Origin: Rhodothermales bacterium | GTDB taxonomy: Bacteria > Bacteroidota > Rhodothermia > Rhodothermales > BA12 | Assembly (NCBI GenBank): GCA_963726715.1 | Contig: CAVSDF010000010.1 | Coordinates: forward strand, 682,212-746,211 | Reading direction: 5' to 3' | DNA length: 64,000 nucleotides | Part shown: piece by piece, positions 31,477 through 40,052 of the stretch | Layout of the letters: the number at the start of each line of letters is the position of its first letter | Position numbering within the stretch: position 1 is the first letter of the stretch | The notes under the pieces: generated by a model | The model's input: the letters and a program-made list of their open reading frames with translations, nothing else | What the model was told of the DNA's origin: nothing | The model's database searches: none | Program-made: the position numbers and the translations under genes

Positions 31477-34221
31477 GTGGGCCTCTCCGACCCCGACCCC
31501 TCCTCGCACGCACTTCGCTCGGTCGCCATCTGGCTGTCGATGGGCGTGGTCGGGCTGCTCGCGTGGCTCTGGCTGCTGCCGGGCAACCTCCCCGAGGACG
31601 CCTTCGCGTGGCAGAACGAGGCGACCGTCGAGGCGCAGGCGCGCGGCGTGCTCGATGCCCTCGGCGCGGCCCCGCTCGCCAGTACGAAGGCCAGCGTCGA
31701 CGCCGTCCGCGATCCCCTGCTGCTCGACTCGATGCAGGCGCGCTGGGGCCGCCACGCCACCGTCGAGCGCCTGAGCGCCGACGCCGACGCCGCGCCTGCG
31801 CACCTCTGGCGCGTCCGGTGGGCCACGCGCCCGGCCCTCCGCGCCGAGCGCACCCTCGACGCCGCGCCCCGCACCGTCTGGCTCGACCGCCGCGGCCGCA
31901 TCGCCGGGCTCGACCTCGTCGGCATCGCCCCCGACTCCATCCGCCGCGACACCCTCGCCCTCCGCGCCGCCCTCGGCTTTGCTCCCCTCGCGGCGCCCAC
32001 CGACGGCGGCACCGCCGCCCGCCTCGCCGCGCGCGGACCGCCGGGCACGACGCCGGGCGCCGCACTCGGACGGCTGCCCGCCGACTCCATCCTGCGCCCG
32101 GCGAGATTCGACCTTGCGGACGACGCCCCGCCCGTCCCCGAGACCGCACCTGCCGTCACGGCGCGGGCCGTCCCGGCGCCGGCCGCTGCGGAGGTGGCCG
32201 TGCGCTTCGACGCCGATGCGGCGGCGCGGATGGCCGTCTCGCACCTCGCCCGCAGCGCCTACGCCTCGCTCGACTTCGCCACCGACTCGGTGCGCCTCTC
32301 CGACCGCCCCGGCACCGGCGCTGCCCGCGTCTACCTGAGCAGCCGCGGCGGCGACGCGGTCTCGCAGTGGGCGCGCGTCGAGGTGACGCCGGGCGGCGCG
32401 CTCATCGGCCTCGCTGTCGCCGCGCGGCCCCACGACGGGCCCAAGACGGCCTTCACCGCCTCGGACATCCGCGGCTACGTGGCGATCGGATCGGTCGTGC
32501 TGCTCGCGCTCGTGCTCGTCGCCCTGTTCGTCCGGCGCCTCGCCGCGCGGCAGGTGGACGTGCGCGGGTCGATGCGCGACGGCCTGCTCGGCGCCCTCCT
32601 CGGCGGCGGATGGTTCTTCTGCACCGCCAGCCTGCCGATCCTCGACGCCTCGCCATCGACGTTCTCGGGCGTGCTCGTCGTGGCGATCAACGTGCTGCTC
32701 ACCTCGCTCGTCCTCGGCGTCGTCGTGATGTCGGCGTCGGGGGTGAGCGAGCGGCTGAGCCGTCCGCGCTTCCCGGAGAAGTTCACCGCCCTCGCGCTGC
32801 TCCGGCGCGGCGCCCTCCACGACGTGCGCGTGAGCCGGGCGCTCCTGCGCGGCACGTGCGCGGCGCTGCTGTTCCTCGGGATGTTCGCGGTGCTCTTGCA
32901 GGGCCTGCCAGACGTGCGCATCGGCGTGCCCTCGTCCGACGAACCGCGGTTCGCGCACGCGCTCTACGTGTCGGTGATCGGCGCGGCGACGACGCTGCCG
33001 CTCGTGCTGGGCTTCTTCGTCGTCCTCGGCGCCATCGTGCCCATCGCCGCGTCGGCGCACCGGCGCGAGGTGTGGCGCTGGCCTGCGTACATCGCCGCGA
33101 CGCTCGTCTCAGCGCTCGTGATGAGCAGCTTCTCCGAGCTGAGCGAGCCGTACGGCGCCCTCGCGGCGCTTGCCCTCGCGGCCACCGCCGTGTGGCTCTT
33201 CGCCCGCCACGACGCGCTCACCGCCGTCACCGCGCTCGCGGTCGTGCACATGCTCTGGCTGCTCCACGAGACGTGGGTCGTGCGCGGCATCCCGTCGTTC
33301 TTCGACGGGATGATCGGCTTCGGGATCGTCGGCGTCCTCCTGCTCGTCGGCGTCGCGGGCACGGTGTGGGCGCGCGAGGTGGCGAGCGAGGCGGCCCTCG
33401 TGCCCGAGTACCTGCGCGAGCGCGAACGCGAGGCGCGCGACCGCCGCGAACTCGAAATCGCCCGCAACGTGCAGACGCACTTCCTGCCCGCGCGGATGCC
33501 GCAGGTGCCGGGCGTCGAGTTCGGCGCGACGTGCGTGCCCGCGCAGGACGTCGGCGGCGACCTCTACGACTTCATCCCGCTCGACGACGGACGCATCGGC
33601 ATCGTCGTCGGCGACGTGTCGGGCAAGGGCATCCAGGCGGCGTTCGTGATGACGCTGGTGAAGGGGTTCCTGCAGGCGCTCGGGCGCGAGCACGCCTCGC
33701 CGAAGGCCCTTCTCGCCCGCCTGAACGGCCTCTTCCGGGCGAACGTGCCCCGCGGCGCCTTCATCACCCTCGTCTACGGCCTCCTCGATGCCGAGGCGGG
33801 CACCTTCACGTTCGGGCGCGCCGGGCACACGCCCCTCCTCGTGCGCAGCCGCGACGGCAAGACGCGCCTGATCCAGCCGCCCGGCCCGGCCATCGGCCTC
33901 GCCCCGGACGCCATCTTCGCCGGCGCGCTCGTCGAGGAGACGCTCGTCCTCGCCGACGGCGACACCCTCGTCTTCTACACCGACGGCTTCTCGGAGGCGA
34001 TGAACCCGCGCCACGACCTCTACGGCGACGACCGCCTCTGCGAGCAGGTCGCCGCCCTCGACACCGTCGCCTCTGCCGACGCCCTCATCGCCACCCTCGT
34101 CGCCGACGTGCGGCTGTTCGCGGGCGAGGCCGAGCAGCACGACGACATGACGATGGTCGTCGTGCGGTACCGCGCGGGCGCCGCGACGACGACCGCCACC
34201 GTCTCAGGCGCGGGGACCTGA
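31477..34221 (+). CDS. polytopic membrane sensor with C-terminal SpoIIE/PP2C (RsbU-like) phosphatase domain
   Basis: Intact 914-aa ORF. It has a large periplasmic-looking N-domain, about 10 hydrophobic segments, then a PP2C region: ARNVQTHFLP, GGDLYDF, VGDVSGKGIQAAFVM, YTDGFSEA, DDMTMVVV. Confidence 0.85.
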   Translation: MGLSDPDPSSHALRSVAIWLSMGVVGLLAWLWLLPGNLPEDAFAWQNEATVEAQARGVLDALGAAPLASTKASVDAVRDPLLLDSMQARWGRHATVERLSADADAAPAHLWRVRWATRPALRAERTLDAAPRTVWLDRRGRIAGLDLVGIAPDSIRRDTLALRAALGFAPLAAPTDGGTAARLAARGPPGTTPGAALGRLPADSILRPARFDLADDAPPVPETAPAVTARAVPAPAAAEVAVRFDADAAARMAVSHLARSAYASLDFATDSVRLSDRPGTGAARVYLSSRGGDAVSQWARVEVTPGGALIGLAVAARPHDGPKTAFTASDIRGYVAIGSVVLLALVLVALFVRRLAARQVDVRGSMRDGLLGALLGGGWFFCTASLPILDASPSTFSGVLVVAINVLLTSLVLGVVVMSASGVSERLSRPRFPEKFTALALLRRGALHDVRVSRALLRGTCAALLFLGMFAVLLQGLPDVRIGVPSSDEPRFAHALYVSVIGAATTLPLVLGFFVVLGAIVPIAASAHRREVWRWPAYIAATLVSALVMSSFSELSEPYGALAALALAATAVWLFARHDALTAVTALAVVHMLWLLHETWVVRGIPSFFDGMIGFGIVGVLLLVGVAGTVWAREVASEAALVPEYLREREREARDRRELEIARNVQTHFLPARMPQVPGVEFGATCVPAQDVGGDLYDFIPLDDGRIGIVVGDVSGKGIQAAFVMTLVKGFLQALGREHASPKALLARLNGLFRANVPRGAFITLVYGLLDAEAGTFTFGRAGHTPLLVRSRDGKTRLIQPPGPAIGLAPDAIFAGALVEETLVLADGDTLVFYTDGFSEAMNPRHDLYGDDRLCEQVAALDTVASADALIATLVADVRLFAGEAEQHDDMTMVVVRYRAGAATTTATVSGAGT

Positions 34222-34306
34222 CAGGTCTGGACGACAGACGGCAGACGATGGACGACCGGCGATGCCTGTGGGGCGGCGCGGTGCCCCCGCCCCGCGGCCC
34301 GGCGCG

Positions 34307-34313
34307 TATTTTG
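34307..34313 (+). promoter_or_regulatory. candidate -7-like promoter element TATTTTG upstream of the PNP gene
   Basis: GCGTATTTTGG lies 19 nt before ATG 34332. Inference only. Confidence 0.3.
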
Positions 34314-34331
34314 GCGCATTCCCCGCCTCCG

Positions 34332-35180
34332 ATGCCCGACGCCGCGCCCGCCTCCCCGTCCCCCGACCTCGCCGCCGCACTCGACGTGATCCGCGCGCGC
34401 GTGCCGTCCGAGATCGCCGCGCCGCAGGTGGCGCTCGTGCTCGGCTCGGGCCTCGGCGTGCTCGCGGGCGCCGCCGAAGACGCCGTGCGCATCCCGACGG
34501 GCGACATCCCCGGATATCCCGCCTCGACCGTCGCCGGGCACGCGGGCGAACTCGTCTTCGGACGGTTTGCGGGCCTGCCGGTCGTCTTCGTCAACGGGCG
34601 CGTGCACCTCTACGAAGGCCACGACGGCCGCGCGGTGACGTTTCCGGTGCGCCTCGCCCACGCCCTCGGCGCGCGCCGCCTGCTGCTCACGAACGCCGCC
34701 GGGGGCATCCGCCGGTCGTTCGAGCCGGGGACGCTGATGCTCCTCGACGACCACATCAACCTGTCGTTCACCTCGCCGCTCGCCGGTCCGGTCGACGATG
34801 GCGCGCCGCGCTTCCCCGACCTCAGCAGCCCCTACGACGCCGCGTGGCGCGCCCACGCCCGCGCCGCCGCCCTCGGCCTCGGCATCGCCCTCGAAGAAGG
34901 CACGTACGCGTGGGTGAGCGGCCCGAGCTACGAAACGAAGGCCGAAATCCGGATGCTCGCCCACCTCGGCGCCGACGCGGTCGGGATGAGCACCGTCCCC
35001 GAAACGCTCCAAGCCGTCGCCCTCGGGATGCGCGTGCTCGGCATCTCGACGATCACCAACAAGGCCGCCGGCCTCGGCCACGAGCGCCTCGAACACGAAG
35101 ACGTCCTCGCCGTCGGCCACCGGATGCGCGGCGACCTCGAACGCCTCGTCCGCGCCTGCCTCGATGGGGTTGACGGTTAG
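34332..35180 (+). CDS. purine nucleoside phosphorylase (trimeric PNP family)
   Basis: In-frame ATG at 34332 within the spurious 1358-aa ORF 31104..35180. Motifs: LVLGSGLG, VAGHAGELVFG, RVHLYEG, NAAGG, VSGPSYETKAEIRML and GADAVGMSTVPE. Confidence 0.9.
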   Translation: MPDAAPASPSPDLAAALDVIRARVPSEIAAPQVALVLGSGLGVLAGAAEDAVRIPTGDIPGYPASTVAGHAGELVFGRFAGLPVVFVNGRVHLYEGHDGRAVTFPVRLAHALGARRLLLTNAAGGIRRSFEPGTLMLLDDHINLSFTSPLAGPVDDGAPRFPDLSSPYDAAWRAHARAAALGLGIALEEGTYAWVSGPSYETKAEIRMLAHLGADAVGMSTVPETLQAVALGMRVLGISTITNKAAGLGHERLEHEDVLAVGHRMRGDLERLVRACLDGVDG

Positions 35181-35286
35181 TCGTTGGTTGTGGATCGTCG
35201 GCGCAGGCGTGGCGTGCGGCGGCTCGGGATGGCGGTGGGGACGCCTCTGATTGCACCGCGGGGCCCGGCCTTGCATCCGGTCTTTT

Positions 35287-35409
35287 GTAGGGGACGTGCT
35301 TGCACGTCCCTACGGTGGATTGCCGATGCGTGGCGTTGGGGATGTCGCCGGGTCGGGGCGGCCGGGATGCGCCGTGCAGGCCTGCGGGACGTGCAAGCAC
35401 GTCCCCTAC
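35287..35409. repeat. MITE-like element bounded by hairpin-forming inverted termini GTAGGGGACGTGC..GCACGTCCCCTAC
   Basis: The left terminus 35287-35313 (GTAGGGGACGTGCTTGCACGTCCCTAC) and right terminus 35384-35409 (GGGACGTGCAAGCACGTCCCCTAC) are each palindromic and mutually inverted. A related element lies at 59302..59485. Confidence 0.65.
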
Positions 35410-35426
35410 GAGCCAACCCGATCCGC

Positions 35427-35921
35427 TCAGTTCAGCAGCGCCCGCACCCGCGCCGCCGCCGCCGGAGGGGCGAGGGTGCGCGAGGCGACGATGAGGCCGA
35501 GGCTGCCGCCTGAGCGGTCGATGCGGACGACGGCGCTCGCGGCGGTGTCGTAGTGCTCGCAGGCGTCGACGAGCCACGTATCGAGGGCGTCTGGACCGGC
35601 CGCGCGGAGGGCAGGATGCGGGCGGGCGGCGAAGGGGCTGGCGGCGAGGCCGTGCGCGGGGACGTAGCCGAGGCGCGGCGGCAGCATCAGGAGGGGCGGC
35701 GTGTCGGCGACGACGGCCCACGGCACGCGCACGAGCCCCGCGCCGAGCGTCCGGCAGCCCTCGTGCGCGAGCGCGGCGACGACCGGCCACGCATCGGCGA
35801 GGAAGTCGGCGATGTCGTCGCTCACCGTCCCCGCGTGCGGCGCCGCAGTGAGCGCGCCGCCCTCGAACGGGATGCGGCGCGGCACGGGCGGAACGGGGGC
35901 GGAGCGGCGGAGCCAGAACAT
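35427..35921 (-). CDS. hypothetical protein
   Basis: I prefer the internal ATG at 35921 (MFWLRRSAPVPP...) of ORF 35427..36113. Composition is coding-like. I recognise no family. Confidence 0.4.
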   Translation of the reverse strand: MFWLRRSAPVPPVPRRIPFEGGALTAAPHAGTVSDDIADFLADAWPVVAALAHEGCRTLGAGLVRVPWAVVADTPPLLMLPPRLGYVPAHGLAASPFAARPHPALRAAGPDALDTWLVDACEHYDTAASAVVRIDRSGGSLGLIVASRTLAPPAAAARVRALLN

Positions 35922-36142
35922 CGGAGAAGGCAGATTGCGACGGCGGATGACGAGCGGCAGGTGTGACGAGACGGGTCGGATGCGGCGACGGGTGGCGGGC
36001 GGGCTTGCGCGCCGACGCGCGTGGGCGATCTTTGCGCGGAACGCGGGAGGCACTCGTCCACCCGTCGCGGCGTGTCCGGCACGCGCGGAGGACCGCCGGT
36101 TGCCCGCCCTCACTTCCTTCGTCCACGTTTCCCATCGTCCAA

Positions 36143-37096
36143 ATGCGCGTCGCGGCCATCGATGTCGGCACCAACACCGCCAAAATGGTCGTTGCTGAGC
36201 GGCGCGGCGACGCGCTGCGGCCGGTCTTCGAAGACCGCGTGTTCATCCGCCTCGGCGAGGGCGTCGATGCCGGGCGGCGTGTCTCCGAAGCGGCCCTCGT
36301 CCGCCTCTGCGACGCCCTCGTGCGGTTGCAGGACGGCGCCCGCGCCCACGGCGCCACGACGATCCTCGCGGGCGGAACGAGCGCCACGCGCGACGCCGCC
36401 AACCGCGACGAGATCATCGCCCGCGTCCGCGCCGCCACCGGCCTCGACTTCGCCGTCGTCTCGGGCCTCGACGAGGCCGCGCTCTCCTACCTCGGCGCCA
36501 CGAGCGCCCTGCCCGGCCTCACCGGTCCCTGCACCGTCATCGACATCGGCGGCGGCTCGACCGAACTCGTCGGCGGTACCCGCGCGCCCGATGCAGCGCC
36601 GGAGACGGGGACTGACGCCCTCGCATTCGACTACCGCGCGAGCCTCGACGTCGGGTCGGTGCGGCTGACGGAGCGCTTCTTCTCGTCGCAACCGCCCGCG
36701 CCGGGCGAGGCGGATGCGGCGGCGGAGATGGTGCGCTCGGCGCTCGGCGCGAGCGATGTTCCGCACGATCCAACGCGTCCGCTCGTCGGGGCCGCGGGCA
36801 CGACCGGCGCCCTCGCGCGCCTGCACGTCGGGTTTCGCAAGTGGAAAGACGTTCGCAACGTCGACCTTCGCCTGACCCGCGCCGAGGTCACCGCGTGGCG
36901 CGAGCGCCTTGCTCAGTTGACCTTCGACGAGACCCTCGCCCTCGCGCCCGACGTGATGCACGGGCGCGCCGACATTTTCCTCGCGGGCCTCGTCATCCTC
37001 GACGAAGCGATGGCCCACCTCGGCGTCTCCGACATCCAGATCTCGCCCCGCGGCCTCCGCCACGGCGTGGCGATGCGCGCGCTCGGGCTCGCGTGA
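36143..37096 (+). CDS. Ppx/GppA family exopolyphosphatase / guanosine pentaphosphate phosphohydrolase
   Basis: The ATG at 36143 gives MRVAAIDVGTNTAKMVV (ASKHA phosphate-1 motif), then DIGGGSTEL and a GSVRLTERF context. Length is 318 aa. Confidence 0.85.
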   Translation: MRVAAIDVGTNTAKMVVAERRGDALRPVFEDRVFIRLGEGVDAGRRVSEAALVRLCDALVRLQDGARAHGATTILAGGTSATRDAANRDEIIARVRAATGLDFAVVSGLDEAALSYLGATSALPGLTGPCTVIDIGGGSTELVGGTRAPDAAPETGTDALAFDYRASLDVGSVRLTERFFSSQPPAPGEADAAAEMVRSALGASDVPHDPTRPLVGAAGTTGALARLHVGFRKWKDVRNVDLRLTRAEVTAWRERLAQLTFDETLALAPDVMHGRADIFLAGLVILDEAMAHLGVSDIQISPRGLRHGVAMRALGLA

Positions 37097-37261
37097 GGCG
37101 CGCCCCGATGGGTCGGATGCACATTCGGGGCGCCAGTCCGACGTGGCACGGGTCCGGGCGTCGGCGATACGGGTCGTGAGGATGCGCCGGGACGGAGCGG
37201 GGATGACCTGCCAGGTCTCCGCACCTGACAGGTCCGGGGCGCAGACGATCCGGCGGGCGGA

Positions 37262-37289
37262 GGGGGGCGGGTCTGAGACCCGCCCCTAC
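37262..37289. repeat. GC-rich palindromic REP-like element
   Basis: GGGGCGGGTC-TGA-GACCCGCCCC-TAC lies just upstream of the VOC/hydrolase gene. Two ACCTG(A/C)CAGGT palindromes at 37206-37233 precede it. Confidence 0.7.
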
Positions 37290-37312
37290 ATTGCGTTTTT
37301 TCCGGTCGTCCC

Positions 37313-38494
37313 ATGGTTCTCGAACACGTCGGCATCGCCGCCGCCGACCTCGCCGCCACGCTCGGCACGTACCGACGACTGCTCGGGCTCGACGTCTACA
37401 AGACCGAGACGGTCGAGCGCGAGGGCGTGCGGACGCACTTCCTCGACACCGGCGCGCGCCTCGAACTCCTCGAAGCGCTCTCGCCCGAGTCGCCCGTCGC
37501 GCGGCACATCGAGCGGCGCGGCGCGGGCGTCCACCACCTCGCCTTCCGCGTGCCCGACGTCGATGCCGCCGCCGCGCGCCTGGCTGCCGCAGGCGTGCCG
37601 CTCCTCAGCGAGACGCCCAAGACCGGCGCCGACGGCAAGCGCATCGTCTTCCTCCACCCGAAAGCCACGCACGGCGTCCTCGTCGAACTCCTCTCCGACG
37701 ATCCCGACGCCCTCCCCACGCCCGAGTGGGCCGACACGCCCGCCGGACGCCTCGCCGCCTACCGCTTCGGCGCCCGCCACGACGCCGACGGCAACGCGCG
37801 CCCGGCGATCCTCGTCCTCCACGGCGCCGCCGGGTCGACGCGCCTCGAAACGCTGCTGCTCGCCCGCCTCCTCGAACCGACCGGCCACGTCGTCGCGCTC
37901 GACCTGCCCGGCCACGGTCAGAGTTCGAGCAAGTGGGCGATGGTGAGATCACGTTCGAGGGCACGATGGGCGCGGTCGTCGGGGCGATGGACGCGCTCGG
38001 CATCGCGCGGGCGCACGTCGCCGGGTACAGCTTCGGCGGCGCGGTCGGCGCTCTTCCTCGCGGCCCTGCACCCGGAGCGCGTCGGGCGCGTCGCCGTCCA
38101 TGCGACGAACCTCGTCTGGGACGATGCGACCGTCGCGGCGATGACGCGGCGCCTCAACCCCGCCGTCCTCGCGCGGCGCTTCCCCGACGTGTGGGCGCGC
38201 TTCGAGGCCGCCCACGGTGGGCGCTCATCGGACCTCTTCGCGCGCGTCGGCGCCTTCACCGCCACCATCCCCGCCTTCGCCGCCGACGCGCACGCCCTCG
38301 CCGCCCGCATCGCCGCCCCCGTGCTCGTGACGGCGGGCGACCGCGACGAACTGTTCTCCATCGACCGCACCCTCGCCCTCCGCGACGCCCTCCCGTCGGC
38401 CGCGCTCGGCATCCTCCCCGGCCACCGCCACGCCCTCACGCCCGAGGCGACGAGGGCCGTGGCGCCGCTCGTGGCGGCGCATCTGGCGGGGTGA
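37313..38494 (+). CDS. fusion of a VOC/glyoxalase-fold domain (methylmalonyl-CoA epimerase-like) and an alpha/beta hydrolase; a 41-codon internal segment is out of frame
   Basis: The N-terminal domain has MVLEHVGIAAADL..GAGVHHLAFRV..VFLHPKATHGVLVEL. The hydrolase part has ILVLHGAAGS..LDLPGHGQS. The expected segment FEQVGDGEITFEGTMGAVVGAMDALGIARAHVAGYSFGGAV, which includes the GxSxG elbow, reads only in another frame between about 37922 and 38047. The annotated frame stays open by chance. Confidence 0.75.
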   Translation: MVLEHVGIAAADLAATLGTYRRLLGLDVYKTETVEREGVRTHFLDTGARLELLEALSPESPVARHIERRGAGVHHLAFRVPDVDAAAARLAAAGVPLLSETPKTGADGKRIVFLHPKATHGVLVELLSDDPDALPTPEWADTPAGRLAAYRFGARHDADGNARPAILVLHGAAGSTRLETLLLARLLEPTGHVVALDLPGHGQSSSKWAMVRSRSRARWARSSGRWTRSASRGRTSPGTASAARSALFLAALHPERVGRVAVHATNLVWDDATVAAMTRRLNPAVLARRFPDVWARFEAAHGGRSSDLFARVGAFTATIPAFAADAHALAARIAAPVLVTAGDRDELFSIDRTLALRDALPSAALGILPGHRHALTPEATRAVAPLVAAHLAG

Positions 38495-38631
38495 GGTTGG
38501 GGAGGGTCGTTCGTCGTTTGTAGTTGGTGGTGGGCGGAGGAGGTGGCGAGCGGATGGCGGCGGGCCGATCTCAGCCGAGCCATGGAGCGCACGACGCACC
38601 ACCACCAACTCACCACCCACCACCACCAACC

Positions 38632-39999
38632 TCACTCCCCCCGCGGCAGCGCCATCGGCAGGTCGGCGACGACGTAGGCCATGATGGCCATCGCGGCGGC
38701 GCAGCGGGCGAGTTCGGTCGGATCGATCTTGTCCATCGTGTCCGCCTCGGTGTGGTGGTAGTGGAAGTAGCGCGTGCCGTCGACCGAGAGCGACATCTGC
38801 GGGACGCCGAAGGGCCGCATCGGCGAGATGTCGGCGCCGCCGCCGCCGCGCGTGATCGCGGCCGCGCCAATCGAGGCGAGGAGCGGGCCGACCTGCTCGA
38901 CGATGGCGAAGGCCTCGTGGCGCCCGGTGAAGCCGAAGCCGGTCGGCTGGAACGTGCCGCCGTCGGACTCGATGGCGAGGATGTGGCGCTCCATGTCGGC
39001 GCGGTAATCGCGCGCGTACGCGTTGCCGCCGCGCAGGCCGTTCTCCTCGTTCGTCCACCCGACGACGCGGATCGTGCGCCGCGGGCGCAGGCCGAGCGAC
39101 TTGAGCACGCGCACCGCCTCCCACGCCGCGACGACACCGCCGCCGTCGTCCATCGCGCCCTGCCCGACGTCCCACGAGTCGATGTGGCCGCCCATGACGA
39201 CGACCTCGTCGGGGAATTCCTGCCGCGGATCTCGGCCATCACGTTGCGCGAGACGCGGTCGGGGAGCGTGTGGGCTTCCATCTGCAGGCGCACGCGGAGC
39301 GTCTGCCCGCGCGCGGCCATCCGGCCCATCCGCATCGCGTCCTCGACGGTGATCGCGGCGGCGGGGATTTGCGGCACGCCATCGGCGTAGGCCATCCCGC
39401 CCGTGTGCGGCGTCGCCATCGTGCCCGACGCGACCGAGCGGACGAGGCTGGCGACGGCGCCGCAGCGCGCGGCGAGGACGGCGCCCTGCCCGCGGTACTT
39501 GACGGTCTGCCCGTACGTCGTGAAGGGCACGTTCCAGAGCACGATTTTGCCGGATGCGTCGGCGCAGCGCGCGTTCAGGCCGTCCTCGCCGTCCACGACC
39601 AGCACGTCGGCCTCGATTCCGCCGACGGGCGTGGCGATCGAGCCGCCGAGGCCGAGCATCGGCAGGCGGTCGGCGAAGGGCGCGGTGAGGTCGGCGCGCT
39701 CCTCGCCGCGAATCCAGACGGGCACGCGGACGGTGTCGGTGTGGACGCGGTCGAGACCGTCGCGGCGCATCTCGGCGGCCACCCAGTCGATGGCGCGCTC
39801 GAGGTTGTCGGAGCCGGAGATGCGCGGGCCGAAGGTGTCGGTGAGTTCGGCGAGGCGGTTCCAGGCGGCGCTGTCGGCGGTCGCGGCGGCGATGATGCGC
39901 GCGGCGGTGGCGGCGTAGTCGGCGGGCGCGGGCCGGCTGCGCGGCGGCAGGCGCGGCGGCGAGGACAGCGAGGAGGGCAGCGGAGGCGAGGCGGCGCAT
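38632..39999 (-). pseudogene. M28 family metallopeptidase (aminopeptidase), two compensating frame disruptions
   Basis: The signal peptide MRRLASAALLAVLAAAPAAAQP (ATG 39999) and the C-terminal half (EFPDEVVVMGGHIDSWDVGQGAMDDGGG, WTNEENGLRG, HYHHTEADT) are in the frame of ORF 38632... The roughly 235 aa between (..FGPRISGSDNLERAIDWVAAEMRRDG..) are in ORF 38610..40031. Junctions are at about 39918-39940 and 39218-39224. Confidence 0.8.
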
Positions 40000-40052
40000 C
40001 GGGCAGGGGCGTGTGGATGGGATGCGCGCAAGGTACGCGGGCGCCCCGCTCC

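Noticed and set aside
18752-35200. A genomic island integrated at tRNA-Phe, given that the signalling block starts just downstream of the tRNA.
   Set aside because: There is no integrase or mobility gene, I found no direct repeat of the tRNA 3' end downstream, and GC content looks native apart from short promoter stretches.
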